This document shows positions 25,050 through 37,955 of a DNA stretch of 64,000 nt, piece after piece; position 1 is the first letter of the stretch; the number at the start of each line of letters is the position of its first letter. Made by a program: the position numbers and the translations under genes. The notes beneath the pieces were generated by a model. That model searched no databases and was not told the DNA's origin. It saw only the letters and a list, made by a program, of their open reading frames with translations. The stretch is taken from contig NC_043007.1 in the NCBI RefSeq assembly GCF_006345805.1, positions 59,582,001-59,646,000 on the forward strand. The letters are read 5' to 3'. Source of the DNA: Octopus sinensis. Taxonomy: Eukaryota.

Positions 25050-28000
25050 TTATTAGAGACAGGAGTTTCCGAAGAAACTCTGATTGTAACAACGAAAAAT
25101 TAAGCTGGACCTTTGATGCAGACTGACCACAGCAGATAACAGAGTAAGGACGAGGAAGTGGACAAGCGAAAATAACAGGATAGTGATGCAGTGCTACTTA
25201 GAAAGTGAACCTAAAAGATGAAGCTATAGAAAATGGATATTAAGACTTTGGATAGAGAAGGGTATTTTAAACTGACTGAACAGAGATTAGTAGATCAAGC
25301 TAATGCTATTAGGAGAAGAAAGTGGATGACAGAAGAGATTACGAGAGAACTGGAAAAGAAAGACCAACCAGTAGGAAAGACAACCAGCAACATAAGAGAA
25401 ACAGCTCAAACCAAAGAAGAACCTAAAGGAAAAGATAATACCGTTACCAATAAAGAAGGGACAACTGGTACCAGCAACTCAAGTGATTTAAAGGAGGAAG
25501 ATCAGAAAATTTTAGATTAGTTGCAGGAAGTAATTAGTAAAGAAGAGAAATATTGTCAGCGTCAAAAGACACCAACAGAAGGAAGCTGCTAGAAATGACT
25601 AGGAAAGTAGATTCTGTTATCAGTAGGATAGATACTAAAAATATAGGAGACACTAACCTATTGATCTATGCAGGAGGGGTAGTAGTCCCTAGAAGATTAG
25701 ATATCTCACAGGGAAAGATTTAAAAAGAGCAAATGTGGAAAAGGAGACTACAAAAATAGTGAAGACTTTGAGACAAGATCTAAGTAGAAAAGAAGCCTGG
25801 AAACTGAACAAGTTAGAAAATACAAGATGCAAATTGTCTCTTGAGAAAAGATACTTAGAGAAAGGATTTGGGACAATAATAGAAGAGTTGAAACAGCTTA
25901 TCATAGCAGTAGCTGGCGAGCTCTCAAGATATCAGAAAAGAATAGATCAGTATCAACAGAATATATTATTTGAGACAGACCAGAGGAGATTTTATAACCA
26001 AATAAATAGTGAGAAACGAAGTACTGAAGATGAGAAGCCTAATGCAGAAGGAGCTAAAAAGTTCTGGAGTAATATTTGGGACAAGCTAGTCAATCATAAT
26101 GGAGATGCAGTATGGTTAAAGAAAGTGAGGGAAGAAGTTGTGAGTGGGAAACAGCAAGACCTAAGACTAACTAGTGCATTAATGAGTAAAGTGTTAGGAA
26201 AAATGTTGCATTGGAAAGCCCAGGATCAGATTTAGTTCAAGGGTACTGGCTAAATAAATTTAGTAGTTTGCATGGGAAGAGGAGGGAACGACTACAGGAT
26301 TGCCTTAATGGAAGAATAATACCAGATTGGATGACTATAGAGAGGACAATATTCATTATGAAAGATAAGAGCAAGGGTAATACAGCTGGCAACCATAGAC
26401 CAACACTTGCTTACCATTAGTGTGGAAGCTGTTAACAGGAATGTTTGCAGAAAGCATTTACGAGCACCTTGGCAACCAGAAGTTACTACAAGAAGAACAG
26501 AAAGGTTGCAGGAAGACGGCTAGAGGAACGAATGACCTATTATCCATAGACAAAGAAGTTCTAAATGAAGTAAAAGCTAGAAAGAAAAAAGTCTAACAAT
26601 AGCATGGTGAGATTATAGGAAAGCCTATGACACGATCCCACACTCACGGATAAGTGAATATTCAGTATATTCAGTGTAGAAGACAACATAAGAGAATTAA
26701 TTAGCTTTAGCATGAAGAAAAGGAAAGTAGGTCTCTACTCAGATGACACGCTCTTAAGAAAAATTAATATCAAAAGAGGAATTTTCCTGAGGGACTCGTT
26801 GTCTCCTTTAATATTTGTCTCATGTTTGTTCCCCATCAGTTTAGTATTAAGGAAGGCAAATGTAGGGTATCAGTTCAGCAATTGTAAGTGAAAAATTAAC
26901 CATTTTCTCTACATGGATGATCTAAAGCTTTTTAGTAAGAATGACAAAGAGATTGATTCTTTAATACAAACTGTAAGACTCTACAACAAAGATAAAGGCA
27001 TAGAATTTGGCCTAGATAAGTGGGCAATATTAGTCATAACAAGGAGATAGGTAGTCAACAGTGGAGGCATCCAATTACCAGATGGCCAGCCATTAAAATC
27101 ATAGAAAGGAGGAGAGAGTTATAGGTATTTAGGAGTATTATAATCTAACAGAGTACTAACTATAGAATTGAAGGCGAAAATTGAGAAGGAGTACATAAGA
27201 AGGGTGAGGAAGCTAATGAAGTCAAAGCTAAATGGTCTGAATCTAGTGAAGGTTGTAAATACTTGGGCAGTATTATTACTTAGATACGCAGCAGCTTTTG
27301 TAGATTGGACAAAAACTGAATTAGCAAAGCTAACAGAAGAACTAGGAAGGAATTCAGTATGAATGGCGGACTCCACCCAAGGGCAGGAGTAGCAAGATTA
27401 TACTACCTAGAAAGGAAGGTGGAAGAGGGTTAATATCAGTTGAAGACTGCGTGAAATTAGGTAGAGTAGATATAGACTCCTATGTAGGTCATAATGAAGA
27501 AAGCTTACTAAAAGCTGCTAGAGTCACAGCAAGACATAGGGAAACCAGATACCCAAATTAAATTAAAAACCGGAAAAAAGAATAGAAATTATCTGACTGA
27601 CAGAAGACATTGCGTGGTAGATTTCCAAAACCAGTTGCAGCAAATAGTAGTACTGAGACATGGTTATGGTTGCAGAAAGGAAAGCTGAAAAGAGAGACAG
27701 AAAGTTTGTTAGTAGTTGCATGAGATCAAGCATTAAGGACTAATTGGATAAACGCCAAGATAAACAAAAGCCAAGTAGATTCCCAATGTTGGTTATGCAA
27801 ATCGAAAGAGGAATGCATTATTCATGTAGAAAGTGAATGTAGCATGTTGGCACAGAAAGAATACAAGAAAAACATAACAATCTAGGAAGAGTAATCTACT
27901 AGGAGTTACGTAGAAAGCTAGGATTTGAACATAATAATAAATGGTATGAACGTGAACCTGGTAAAGTATTAGAAAGTAAGAAATACAAGATGCTGGTGGG

Positions 28001-28360
28001 ACTTCAACATTCATACTGGCAAAGTAATAGAAGCTGGAAAGCTTGATTTATTAGTATTAGATAAAGAGAATAGAAAGTGCCAGATAATTGACTTTTCAGC
28101 CCCAAATGTTTAAAAAAAAGTATGCGAGGTACAGAAAAAAAGCAAAGTACCAGGATCTAACCATTGAATTACAGAGACTTGAAAAGTGCGGGTAAAATGT
28201 ATCCCAGTAGTTATAGGAGCATTGGGAACTATCCTTAAAGATATGAACAGATGGATACAGGAAATAGACATAAAATCCAGTTTAGTACTGCCCCAGAAAA
28301 CAGTGTTATTAGGGATAGATAGGATACTTAGGAGTGTCCTTGGCATCTAAGATTACTTGT
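25050..28360 (+). mobile_element. R4/Dong-like LINE subfamily D, long and heavily degraded
   Basis: RKWTSENNRIVMQCY at about 25150, EQRLVDQANAIRR, ELKQ...RYQKR...FYNQIN (25735..26235), PDWMT...HRP (26211..26420), YMDDLKL at about 26910, and RLE C-terminus at about 28000-28350. Confidence 0.85.
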
Positions 28361-28364
28361 TGTA

Positions 28365-28512
28365 ATAGGCATTACTTGGAACTGCATGTATATTGCCTAG
28401 AGTACTATCTGTCTGAGGTCCTTGTGACTTGACAAACAGTACAAATTCCCAATAGATACAATATCTTCGAACAATAACCTCAAGATATTGTATACAGTGC
28501 AACGTCTATAAT
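28365..28512 (+). mobile_element. Short 3' end of subfamily C LINE
   Basis: GTGACTTGACAAACAGTACAA...CAATATCTTC...ACGTCTATA matches 15140-15237. Confidence 0.7.
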
Positions 28513-28517
28513 GATAT

Positions 28518-28868
28518 TGATCACGAGCAGAAGTAGTGGATGGGGTGCATCATAGCCATGTGTTGAGAGGAATTCTTTGGAGTTTGAATAATTCACCCCT
28601 GGAAACATGGATGTTTCGTTCAACATCCTTAAACAACTCTTATTCAAGGTCCATTGAGCGGGACGTGCTACTCGACCAGAACAAAATTCTTTCTGGGTCC
28701 CACCAGCAAGGTCATGCGCTGTTTATATTGATATGAGATCGCCATGCCGTGCACATATGGTTGTGATGCCTGGTGTACCCTTATCAGACGGGTAGTCATG
28801 ATGGTTATTCTGGGTTTCGTATATTTTACCTCAGTGTCACTTTGATGGCATACACTTCTCTCTCGCTC
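28518..28868 (+). mobile_element. ~520-550 bp element, copy 3 (5'-truncated)
   Basis: Starts at GATCACGAGCAGAAG and ends at CTCTCTCGCTC(AAT)n. Confidence 0.85.
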
Positions 28869-28904
28869 AATAATAGTAATAATTGTCCTTTTCACTTTTT
28901 TCTA

Positions 28905-29085
28905 CAAGATAGGCACAAAGCCTATGATTTAAGGGGGAGAAGACTAGTCAATTACATTGGCCTCAGTGCTCAACTGGTACATATTCTATCGACCCCGAAA
29001 AGGATAAGAGCAAAGTCAAAGTCGGCGCGGCGGAATTTGAACTTAGAACGTAAAACCGGAAGAAATGCCACTAAGTATACGCCTG
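28905..29085 (-). mobile_element. SINE family B
   Basis: Reverse complement of the 41790 family (GGCGGAATTTGAACTTAGAACGTA; TATCGACCCCGAAAAGGATAA). Confidence 0.7.
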
Positions 29086-29439
29086 TATGTTGGAGAATAA
29101 CAATTGGGTAAGGGCTTGTGCCCTGCCCTTGGTAGTCAGGGCGATCCCTTATTGACCTTAGTTGGAGGAGGCTCTTCTGCATTAGGGAAGCGCATCATCC
29201 ATGTTTTCACATATTTTGTATGCCATGTATAGTTTTCATTTCATCTCCCCTCTGTTCCCTTTCTTCTCATCTTGTTATGTAAATTCCCTGTCCTTGTATT
29301 TCCCCTTCTCATCTGATACCCCAGGGTAAATTAAAGAAATCATCATCATCATCATCCAGGCCATTATTATTATTATTATTATTATTATAACGAGATCGTT
29401 TGATGTAGGCAGACTGTTAAGTTATCGTGGGATTTTACT

Positions 29440-29800
29440 ATGTAATGAGAATATGAAATAAAACATATATGTCCTGACATTGTGCAGCTAGAAACAAAAC
29501 AGAAAAACAAAATGCGTGATCACAGGCATATGTAGTTGTCCTGGGAGACTTCCAGAGTGAAACACAAAGATGAGAAACAACAATAACACTCACAAAACAA
29601 AAGCAATGAGCTAAGAAGAGAAAGAGAAAAAGGCCTTTATATCGAAGACAATAAATATCATTCCAGCAATGGTGGTGGCATTCGGAGTGGTGAGCATTAT
29701 TTGAAAATGTTTTAGAAAAAAAGCTATTATTGTACATGAATTTGGCACACTCCCAAAACACTGTTTTGCTTGGAGCAGCAAAAATACTGATTTCTTCAAC
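29440..29800 (+). mobile_element. Highly degraded R4/Dong RLE fragment
   Basis: Frameshifted remnants PDIV, KCVI, RVKHKDEK, IIPAMVVAFG and QNTVLLGAAKIL. Confidence 0.55.
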
Positions 29801-29908
29801 AATACTACTGTTCTGATCAATTGCTGACCTTCTACAATATAGAAGCAAAACACAGAATGTTGCTACTACTACTACTACATACAAAAAAATCATAGACAGA
29901 AAAAAAGT

Positions 29909-30212
29909 GGAGGCCCAGTGGTTAGGGCAGCGGATTCACGGTCGGAGGATTGCGGTCTCGATTCTCAGACCGGGCGTTGTGTGTGTTTATTGAGCGAAAA
30001 CACCTAAAGCTCCACGAGGCTCCGGCAGGCGGTGGTGGCGACCCCTGTTGTACTCTTTCGCCCCAACTTTCTCTCACTCTTTCTTCCTGCTTCATGAGTA
30101 ACGCTGCGATGGACTGGCGTCCCGTCCAGCTGGGGGGGGGGACACACATACGCCACAGAAACTGGGAAACCGGGCCCATGAACCTGGCTAGGCTTGAAAA
30201 GGGCGCATAAAT
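29909..30212 (+). mobile_element. tRNA-derived SINE family C
   Basis: tRNA-like head (GGCCCAGTGGTTAGGGC...GGTCTCGATTCTC) and central GCGATGGACTGGCGTCCCGTCCAG, which resembles a conserved SINE central domain (V-domain-like, from memory). A-rich tail. Confidence 0.75.
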
Positions 30213-30288
30213 TAAAAAAATATAAGACAAAAAAAGCGTTTTTGAAAAAGACCCGTTCAGAGATGTGCAATCTCTGTTTCTTCTACGT

Positions 30289-30545
30289 CAGTGGTTCTCA
30301 ACGATTTTTTTCTACCTATGGATCCTTTGGTTCTTATTTTACTTGGATGGACCCTCGCTAGCCATTCGATGTTTATAAAATCATATTATATTTTTATAAT
30401 TAAATATTATTAGGTATTGTATAAAAAAATTGTTAAAATATTTTGTATATTGTAGGAGTATGAACAATTTATTTCACATAGATTTTAGCCACAAAATATT
30501 ATGTAGACGCCCAAGGGCCATATGAACCTTGTTTGAGAAACACTA
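30289..30545. mobile_element. hAT/Charlie-like MITE
   Basis: Termini CAGTGGTTCTCAA and TTGAGAAACACTA are inverted repeats. Flanks TTCTACGT / ATCTATCT both fit NTCTAnnn, the Charlie-type target. Confidence 0.65.
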
Positions 30546-30736
30546 ATCTATCTGCTTGTGTACTACGATTACAACGCAGGAGTATGGATGAGGTGTGTCG
30601 AGAGAGACAGTACTTTCTCGGTCGAAGATTATAGACTATACCAAGTAGCAAAAAGAAATTCCACATTCCCCCGAAAAAGGGTTTTAAAAAAGCACTAAAT
30701 AATGTGTAGCAGGTCTCTCGACTTAGGTAGATCATA

Positions 30737-30914
30737 GGCAGAGGCGTGGATGTGTGGTAAAAAGCTTATTTCCTAATCACATGGTTCCGGGTTCAGTCCA
30801 ACTGCGTGGCGCCTTAGGCAAGTGTCTTCTACTATAACCTCTGGCCAATTAAAGTCTCGTGTGAGGATTTGGTAGACGGAAAATGAAAGATCCCGTCTTG
30901 TTTGTATGTATGTA

Positions 30915-30945
<31 letters not shown>

Positions 30946-31150
30946 GCATGCATATATCCATGTGCGTGTGTGTTTGTCTCCCCACCACCACTCGACTACT
31001 GTTGGTGTGTTTTCGTCCCCATAACTTAGCGGTTCGGCCAAATAACTGATTCAATAAGTACCATGTTTAAAAAGAACCTAAGTACTGGCGTCGATTAGTT
31101 GGACTGAAATTCCTCAAGGCGGTGCTCCAGCATGGTCACAGTCTATGATA
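30737..31150 (+). mobile_element. tRNA-derived SINE family A (CORE-like motif), near full length
   Basis: A-box-like GTGGATGTGTGG, B-box GGTTCAGTCC, CCTTAGGCAAGTGTC, internal (TA)/(TG) tract, and 3' GGCGGTGCTCCAGCATGG. Confidence 0.85.
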
Positions 31151-31819
31151 TGGAAGATTGTTTCAGCTATAGCACTGAAAATGAGGTGACGAGAGAGACA
31201 AATGCGGAGCGTTACCTTCTGCCATTAGGCTAGTACCACAGCAATATACAAGAGTATAGCTCAAGGTATTCATGAGGGCAATGATGCTTGCGTTACTGTC
31301 GCCTTTGTGCAACAGTGTAAGCGTGTGGTGGTGTGGTACACCTGTATCAGCAGAGGTGAACCGCAACAGATTGCGGCCAGGTATGTCCTGCATGGACCTC
31401 TAGGTCCTCTGAATTCGTAACTTAACATCACTTAAATCCAACTAGAAACACCGTTTCATCGCCTTTCGTCACCTCTACTGTGTTTCACCACCCAAGCACC
31501 ATGCACATATTTCGCCAAGCCACTATCTCTGAATTTCAAACTTCGACATTTCCTTTCGTATGAACTTATTACTTGAAAACCGTTTAAATTGCACATAAAC
31601 CGCACCAATCCCACAAGTCAGGAATGACCAGTGAATATCACCTGCTCTTTCCCGACTAAACCATAAAAAAGAGTCGAGGAAATTTTCACATCTGATTGAA
31701 TCAGAATATTACTTATACATATTTTATGAAATTCTTGCTAGTTACAAAGTCAGTGTGGTGTGCAAACTCCAGTATGTATGTCTGTAGGTAATTATCAGTA
31801 ATCCATTTGTGGTAACCAG

Positions 31820-32154
31820 TAAAGGGTAAAGACCCCCTTCGGTCATGAATGACCATGGGATTGCACCTAGAAAGTTACCCTCCTAGACACAAGTCCGGGC
31901 AAGGTTGTTTATGGAAGGCTAGCAGTCGCCCATGCATACCAGCCTCCCCTCTCCACGCCACCAGTGTTATCCAAGGGAAAGACAAAGGTCGATACAGCTT
32001 GGCACCTGTGACGTCGCAACTCATTTCTACAGCTGAGTGAACTGGAGCAACGTGAAATAAAATGCCTTGCTCGAGAACACAACACGCAGCCCGGTCCGGG
32101 ATTCGAGCTCACAACCTCACGATCGTAAGCTCGACGCTCTAACCACTGAGCCAT
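31820..32154 (-). mobile_element. tRNA(Arg)-like SINE family D
   Basis: Head TGGCTCAGTGGTTAGAGCGTCGAGCTTACGATCGTGAGG...GCTCGAATCCCGG with an ACG anticodon-like loop, followed by a non-tRNA body. Confidence 0.8.
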
Positions 32155-32339
32155 AATATATATATATATATATATAAGGACCAAAAATACTGGAGATTCA
32201 TGCACCACGTGGCAAAATTATGAGTTGAAAATAGGTGGAAAACATAAAAAGTGGAATAGAAATGCCTTCGTTTCACATAGTTTAATATCTTTTTATAAAG
32301 AATTTGCAAAAAAATATATATACATATTTTATGGATGTC

Positions 32340-34620
32340 GTGATATCCAACCGGTTTTAGCGATTTGAATTAACTTTTCAGGGGACATTGTGAAGTAATC
32401 AGGGTCTTGCCATTTTGTATGCTTGAAAAATAAGAATGAGTCTAGAGTGTGGACCAATGGAGGCAACAGGTGGCAAGGGGGACAACTATCTCCTCAGTGT
32501 AATTTTTGAAGTAGTTAAGTTTGTATATTAGGGTGTGGTCTCTACTTTTGTATGAACAGGTTTTCTTTGTTTAGGCGTTCTTGTAAGGAGATTTAATCTT
32601 TGTATTGGTATAATGGAAATTCGGCGTTTTATTACTTGCGCATCTGTCGATATGTTCGCTCAGGGCTATCTGCCTGTATTGAGGAAAACGAATCTGTTCT
32701 TTATGTAGCGTGACTCTGCATCTCAAAGTAAGGCTCGTTTGGCCCACAAAATTGTGGCCACAACCTGAGCAGGTTAGAACATAGATAAGGTTCTTGGAAC
32801 AACATGTGAAGTTAGTGTTAATTGGGAATTTTTCTCCTTGCTGGAATGTAAATTCCGAGTCTTCAGTTAGGTATGGGCATGTCCCACAATTAGGTCGTCT
32901 GCATTTTTTACCCGTTGGTATAGTATGTATTGAGTATAGTTTTGCATTTGTTAGGAGTCTCTTGGGTGATTTGTGTTGTCTTTTGCATTTGAGGAGTTTA
33001 TGTGTATTTAGGATGTTTTTCATTTTCGGGTCTTGAGTGAGCAGAGGGAAATTTTGTATAATTGTGTTGTAAGCTTCATTCTTTCTTGGGTTGTGGGTTG
33101 ATATGTATGGGAGTGATTTAAAGTGAGGTGTGATGTTTTCTTTTGTTGTCCTTAGTGTTTTTGTGTCCAATTTCTTGGTATGTTTAATTCCATGGTCTAT
33201 AAGTGCGGGTGGATATTGACGTTCAATGAGTGTTATTTCGAGGTCTTGTAGGTGAAGTTCCCGAGTGGTTGTGTCAGATACAATTGTACAGATCCTTTTT
33301 GCTAGATTGAATGGGATATTTATTTTGGTGTGTTTAGGATGGCATGAACTGAAAAGGAGATACTGTTTTGAGTCTGTTGGTTTGTAGTAGATGTCAGTTG
33401 CAATTTTGTTGTTGGATTTTTTAATAATCAAAATATCCAGAAATGGGAGCTGTTCCTTGCTATATTCCATTGTAAATTGAATATTGGAGTTTATATTGTT
33501 CAGTGTGGATTTGAAATCCAGGAGTTTATCATAGGTTTCATTCCAGATGATAAAACAATCGTCTAGGTACCTTTTCCAGTTTTCTCTTATATACTGGTAT
33601 AATGAGAGTCCAAAGTTTTGGAGTGAAAGTTCGTATAGGGTAGATTCAAAGAAACCCATTATCACGTTCGCAAGGACAGGCACTTCTTTAATTCCAGCGC
33701 AATACCGCATTTTTGGCGGTAGTATGTTGCATCGAATAGGAAGTAATTGTTTTGTAGGATGAACTTCAGGGATTCAATGACAAAAGTCTGGTTTATGCGG
33801 TCCGGGAGAACTGCGGTTTTTTTTCTAACCAGAATTTTATTGCCTCTATTCCGTAATCATGTGGAATGTTAGTGTAGAGGTTGATGGCATCGAAGGAGAC
33901 TAATACTTCTTCGTTGGTGGTTTTTGGTAGATGTTCAAGCATGTCCAGATTCTATCTAATGAAACTTTTAATGTATCTGAGGAAATGTTTCAATAGTATG
34001 TCCAGAAAGTTGCTTAGGCGATGTGTTTCACAGGCTGGGCTCGCTATAATAGGCCTTAATTTTAAGTCTTCTGGTGTTGGGATATTTATGTATAGACCTG
34101 GATTTGATTTGCAGGCAGTAGTAATTATTTGACGCTTGTGAATTTTGGGAAGGCCATAGAAAAGGCTTGATTTGCATTTAAAGTTTGTGATATAGTCTTT
34201 TTCTTTTTCTGTGAGGTCTTTTTCTTGTTTGAGTATTAAAGATGCAAAATCCTTTAATGTTTTTGTTGTCTATAATTTGCAACTTTTTCATAAGAGTCAT
34301 TTTCTAGTATGGACAATACTAGGTTTTTATAGTATTCTGTGTCCATCAGCACTGTAGTACTACTTTTGTCTGCTTCTTTGATTGTTAGGTCTTTGTCATT
34401 TTTTAGCTGTAGTAGGTGCTTTTATTGTAGGTTGTTGAAGTTAGGCACAATTTATAGATGTTGTGAGGAAAATTCTGGATACGGTTGCAGAAGTCGTCTA
34501 GTGTTTTATTCCTTCCTTTGGGTGGTAGATAATTACTTTTGTTTAGGAAATTTCTTGATACAGTTATAACTTTTAGGGAAAGATTTTTTGCAAAAAGTTA
34601 ATATTAAGAAAAACCTTTTT
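32340..34620 (-). mobile_element. Penelope-like element (Neptune-type), RT + GIY-YIG, disrupted
   Basis: ORF 32571..33710 has RYLDD, LPFLD, YYKPTD, CRRPNCGTC linker and IYVLTC..GHNFVGQT (GIY-YIG). Upstream out-of-frame pieces read IKEADK, FYGLPKIHK, LRPII and SFDAINLYTNIP. Both PLE pieces together lie between (TA)n tracts. Confidence 0.92.
32571..33710 (-). pseudogene. PLE RT C-terminal half, thumb and GIY-YIG endonuclease
   Basis: Longest open segment (379 aa) of a frameshifted PLE ORF. Confidence 0.9.
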
Positions 34621-34762
34621 TAGAGAATAGAATGGTACTAACCTTTAGGAAGGAATTTCACAAATTGTGTGTAGGCTTTAATAACTGTGCAAACGCTTTC
34701 AGTTCTAAACGTGTATTATGGCTATTGCATATAGCGGAAGTTGTTTTAGGTAAAGTTGTTGA

Positions 34763-35030
34763 TTATTTCCGGTTTAGTTTCGGATTCAGAAACCTTATAA
34801 AATATTCTTCTTTTGCCTTTCGAAGTAGGTCGTTTTCTTTCTTTATTTTATAAAAGGTGAATATTGGGAATTTTCTTTGTGCACAGGTGTCTAAGTGGTC
34901 GCTGCATGGTATGCAAACGAGGGATGTTTTATTTGGTGTCTATGCACTTTTACACGGTTGGTTAATCTTGTTTTTGTTTTTCCAGCATAGTTTTCATTGA
35001 ATCGTGGGCATGTAATACAGTATATATTTA
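34763..35030 (-). mobile_element. C-terminal GIY-YIG fragment of a second PLE family
   Basis: IYCITCPRFNENYAGKTKTRLTNRVKVHRHQI, then after a frameshift SDHLDTCA...LRKAKEEYFIRFLNPKLNRK-stop (TAA at 34765-34763). Confidence 0.8.
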
Positions 35031-35035
35031 GAGAA

Positions 35036-35067
<32 letters not shown>

Positions 35068-35141
35068 ATGTATGTATGTATGTATACCACACACACACAC
35101 CACACACACCACACACACACCACACACACACACCACACACA

Positions 35142-35214
<73 letters not shown>

Positions 35215-35867
35215 TACACACACAGACAAAGACACGCAGACATATATGCAGAAAATAAGCAATAATACTAGATAAAAGAAAAATCAAAAGAAACAAGTAA
35301 ACAGAAATCTTAGGGAATTTGAATAATAAAAGTAGATTTGAAAGAAGAAACTGTGATTGAAGGTTAGGGACAGAAAACGAGAGAGATAGATAGATAGAGA
35401 GAGAGCGAGAGAGAGAGGCAAATGAAAGTAAGACGCTGAGAGAGAAAAAGAGACGAAGAGCAAACAGGGCATGATGAAAATGAACGAAAAGTAAAGGAAG
35501 TCAAAGAATAATTACATAGTGAATTTTAAAACACAAATCTGTCTCTTTTACTGAGAGGCAGCATTTAGAAGGTGATAGATTAGATATGTCGACACCATTG
35601 CACTAGAATCCCTACACCAACATATGGAACCGATAACCGAAGACAAGACACTACACTTTTGTAATTAACTAACTTGCTTTAAATGTCAAAGTTCCGGAAG
35701 TTGGGAACTGGTTTTCATTTTTGTTTCCGTGCCGATTCGATGTCTCAACTTAACGAAACTGCCTCGAATAACAAGTATTGCAGCAGAGGAGGGGTGGGAA
35801 GAAGACGAGGAGGAGACTCTAACAATGAAATATCTCCTGCAGTTTAATTCACTCTTTTTTTTCTTTT

Positions 35868-35942
<75 letters not shown>

Positions 35943-36109
35943 GTCCGTCTGTCTGCGCTTCTGTCTCTCTCTCTTTCTTCCTCACTTTCTCTCTCCCTCT
36001 TATTTTTATACCATTTGCTTGATTGCAGTAAACTGTAGTACCTGTCTCCGTGTATATTTGTCTGTCTATCTTTCTGTCTCTCTGCTTTCCTCTCTGTCTG
36101 TCTCTCCGT

Positions 36110-36208
<99 letters not shown>

Positions 36209-36746
36209 CCCACCTACCTACCTACCTACCTACCTACCTACCTACCTACCTACCTGTCTGTCTGTCTGTCTATCTCACTCTCCCTATTGCCCTATTGCAT
36301 TAAAGTTATGAAATTTCGGAATTTTATGTAATGTTAGAAATTCAGTATTATAACTTGTAGTTATTCTTAGTGCATAAACCTCAAACAAAAATGGTGTATA
36401 TGTATGTACGTATGTATGTATGTATGTATGTATGTATGTATGTATGTATGTATGTATGTATGTATGTATGTATGTATGTATGTATGTATGTATGCATTAT
36501 TGGTTGCGCGCGCGTGTGTATGTATGTATACACACTTCCACCCAAAAACAATTGGAGAAACTACTCAGTCGATCTCAGATGAGAGAGAAAAACCAAAGTA
36601 CACGATATATTCAGTTGGGATGCCGTTTGCAGATGACTTTCTGGAGACAAGTGCAGTTATCAAGGGTTTAAAAAGTTGAGAGAAGCTGCGAGTTGCTGCT
36701 GCTGCTACTACTATTACCACCACCACCACCACAACCACCACCACCG

Positions 36747-36777
<31 letters not shown>

Positions 36778-36800
36778 AACTACTACTACTACTACTAATG

Positions 36801-36842
<42 letters not shown>

Positions 36843-36845
36843 ATG

Positions 36846-36882
<37 letters not shown>

Positions 36883-36908
36883 CATTACTACTACTACTAC
36901 TACTAATG

Positions 36909-36989
<81 letters not shown>

Positions 36990-36999
36990 TTGTTGTTGC

Positions 37000-37036
<37 letters not shown>

Positions 37037-37084
37037 CAAATTTTGACACAAAGTCAGTACGACATCTATCTCAGTGCTCAACAA

Positions 37085-37290
37085 GACCCCTCCTCTAAAA
37101 TTTCCGGCCTTGTGCTTTTAGTAGAAAGGATTATTATTATTATTATCATTATTTTATCGACTTCGAAAGGATGAAAGGCAAAATTGACCTCGGCGACATT
37201 TGAACTTAACATAGCGACGGAAGAAATACCGCTAAACATTTTGCCCAGTGTGCTAACGATTCTGTCAGCTCGCCTCCCCCTCCCCATTAC
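37085..37290 (-). mobile_element. SINE family B
   Basis: Reverse complement of the 41790 family, interrupted by a short (ATT)n. Other partial copies lie at 37965-38110, 40790-40895, 48640-48845 and 63545-63700. Confidence 0.7.
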
Positions 37291-37331
<41 letters not shown>

Positions 37332-37383
37332 TATATTATTACTATTATTATTATATATTATTATTATTATTATTATTATATTA

Positions 37384-37415
<32 letters not shown>

Positions 37416-37452
37416 TATTATATTATTACTATTATTATTATTATTATTATTA

Positions 37453-37489
<37 letters not shown>

Positions 37490-37815
37490 AACAATAACGA
37501 GAGCACTCAAAAAGCACTCAACGATTAGCCGGAGATGATTTTTTGAATGAGAATATCTGAAATAAACTCGACTGTTCTCACAAACGAGAATACTAAAACT
37601 GAACCCGACCGCTCTCAAAAATTAAGTTAAAAAAGCAGGAGTCTGTGCCCGGTACCGGAACGATCCCCAAATCTAATCAGTTCGTGCCTGTTACAAGGCC
37701 AAACATCCCTGAAAGTTTCACCCAAATCCATCCAGCGTTTCTTCAGATTTCTTGTCCATGGACAAACACACACGACTGAAAACAATACCTCCGCCTTCGC
37801 TAAGGCGGAGGTAGT
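37490..37815 (+). mobile_element. Helentron-like non-autonomous element
   Basis: 5' AACGAGAGCACTCA, internal CCAAATCTAATCAGTTC and AAATCCATCC, 3' hairpin TACCTCCGCCTT-CGCT-AAGGCGGAGGTA. Architecture matches HINE/DINE-like elements from memory. Confidence 0.6.
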
Positions 37816-37852
37816 AATAATAATAATAATGATGATGATGATGATGATGATG

Positions 37853-37955
<103 letters not shown>

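Noticed and set aside
32095-32154. tRNA-Arg-like sequence
   Set aside because: The acceptor stem is incomplete and it continues into a SINE body, so it is a SINE head and not a tRNA gene.
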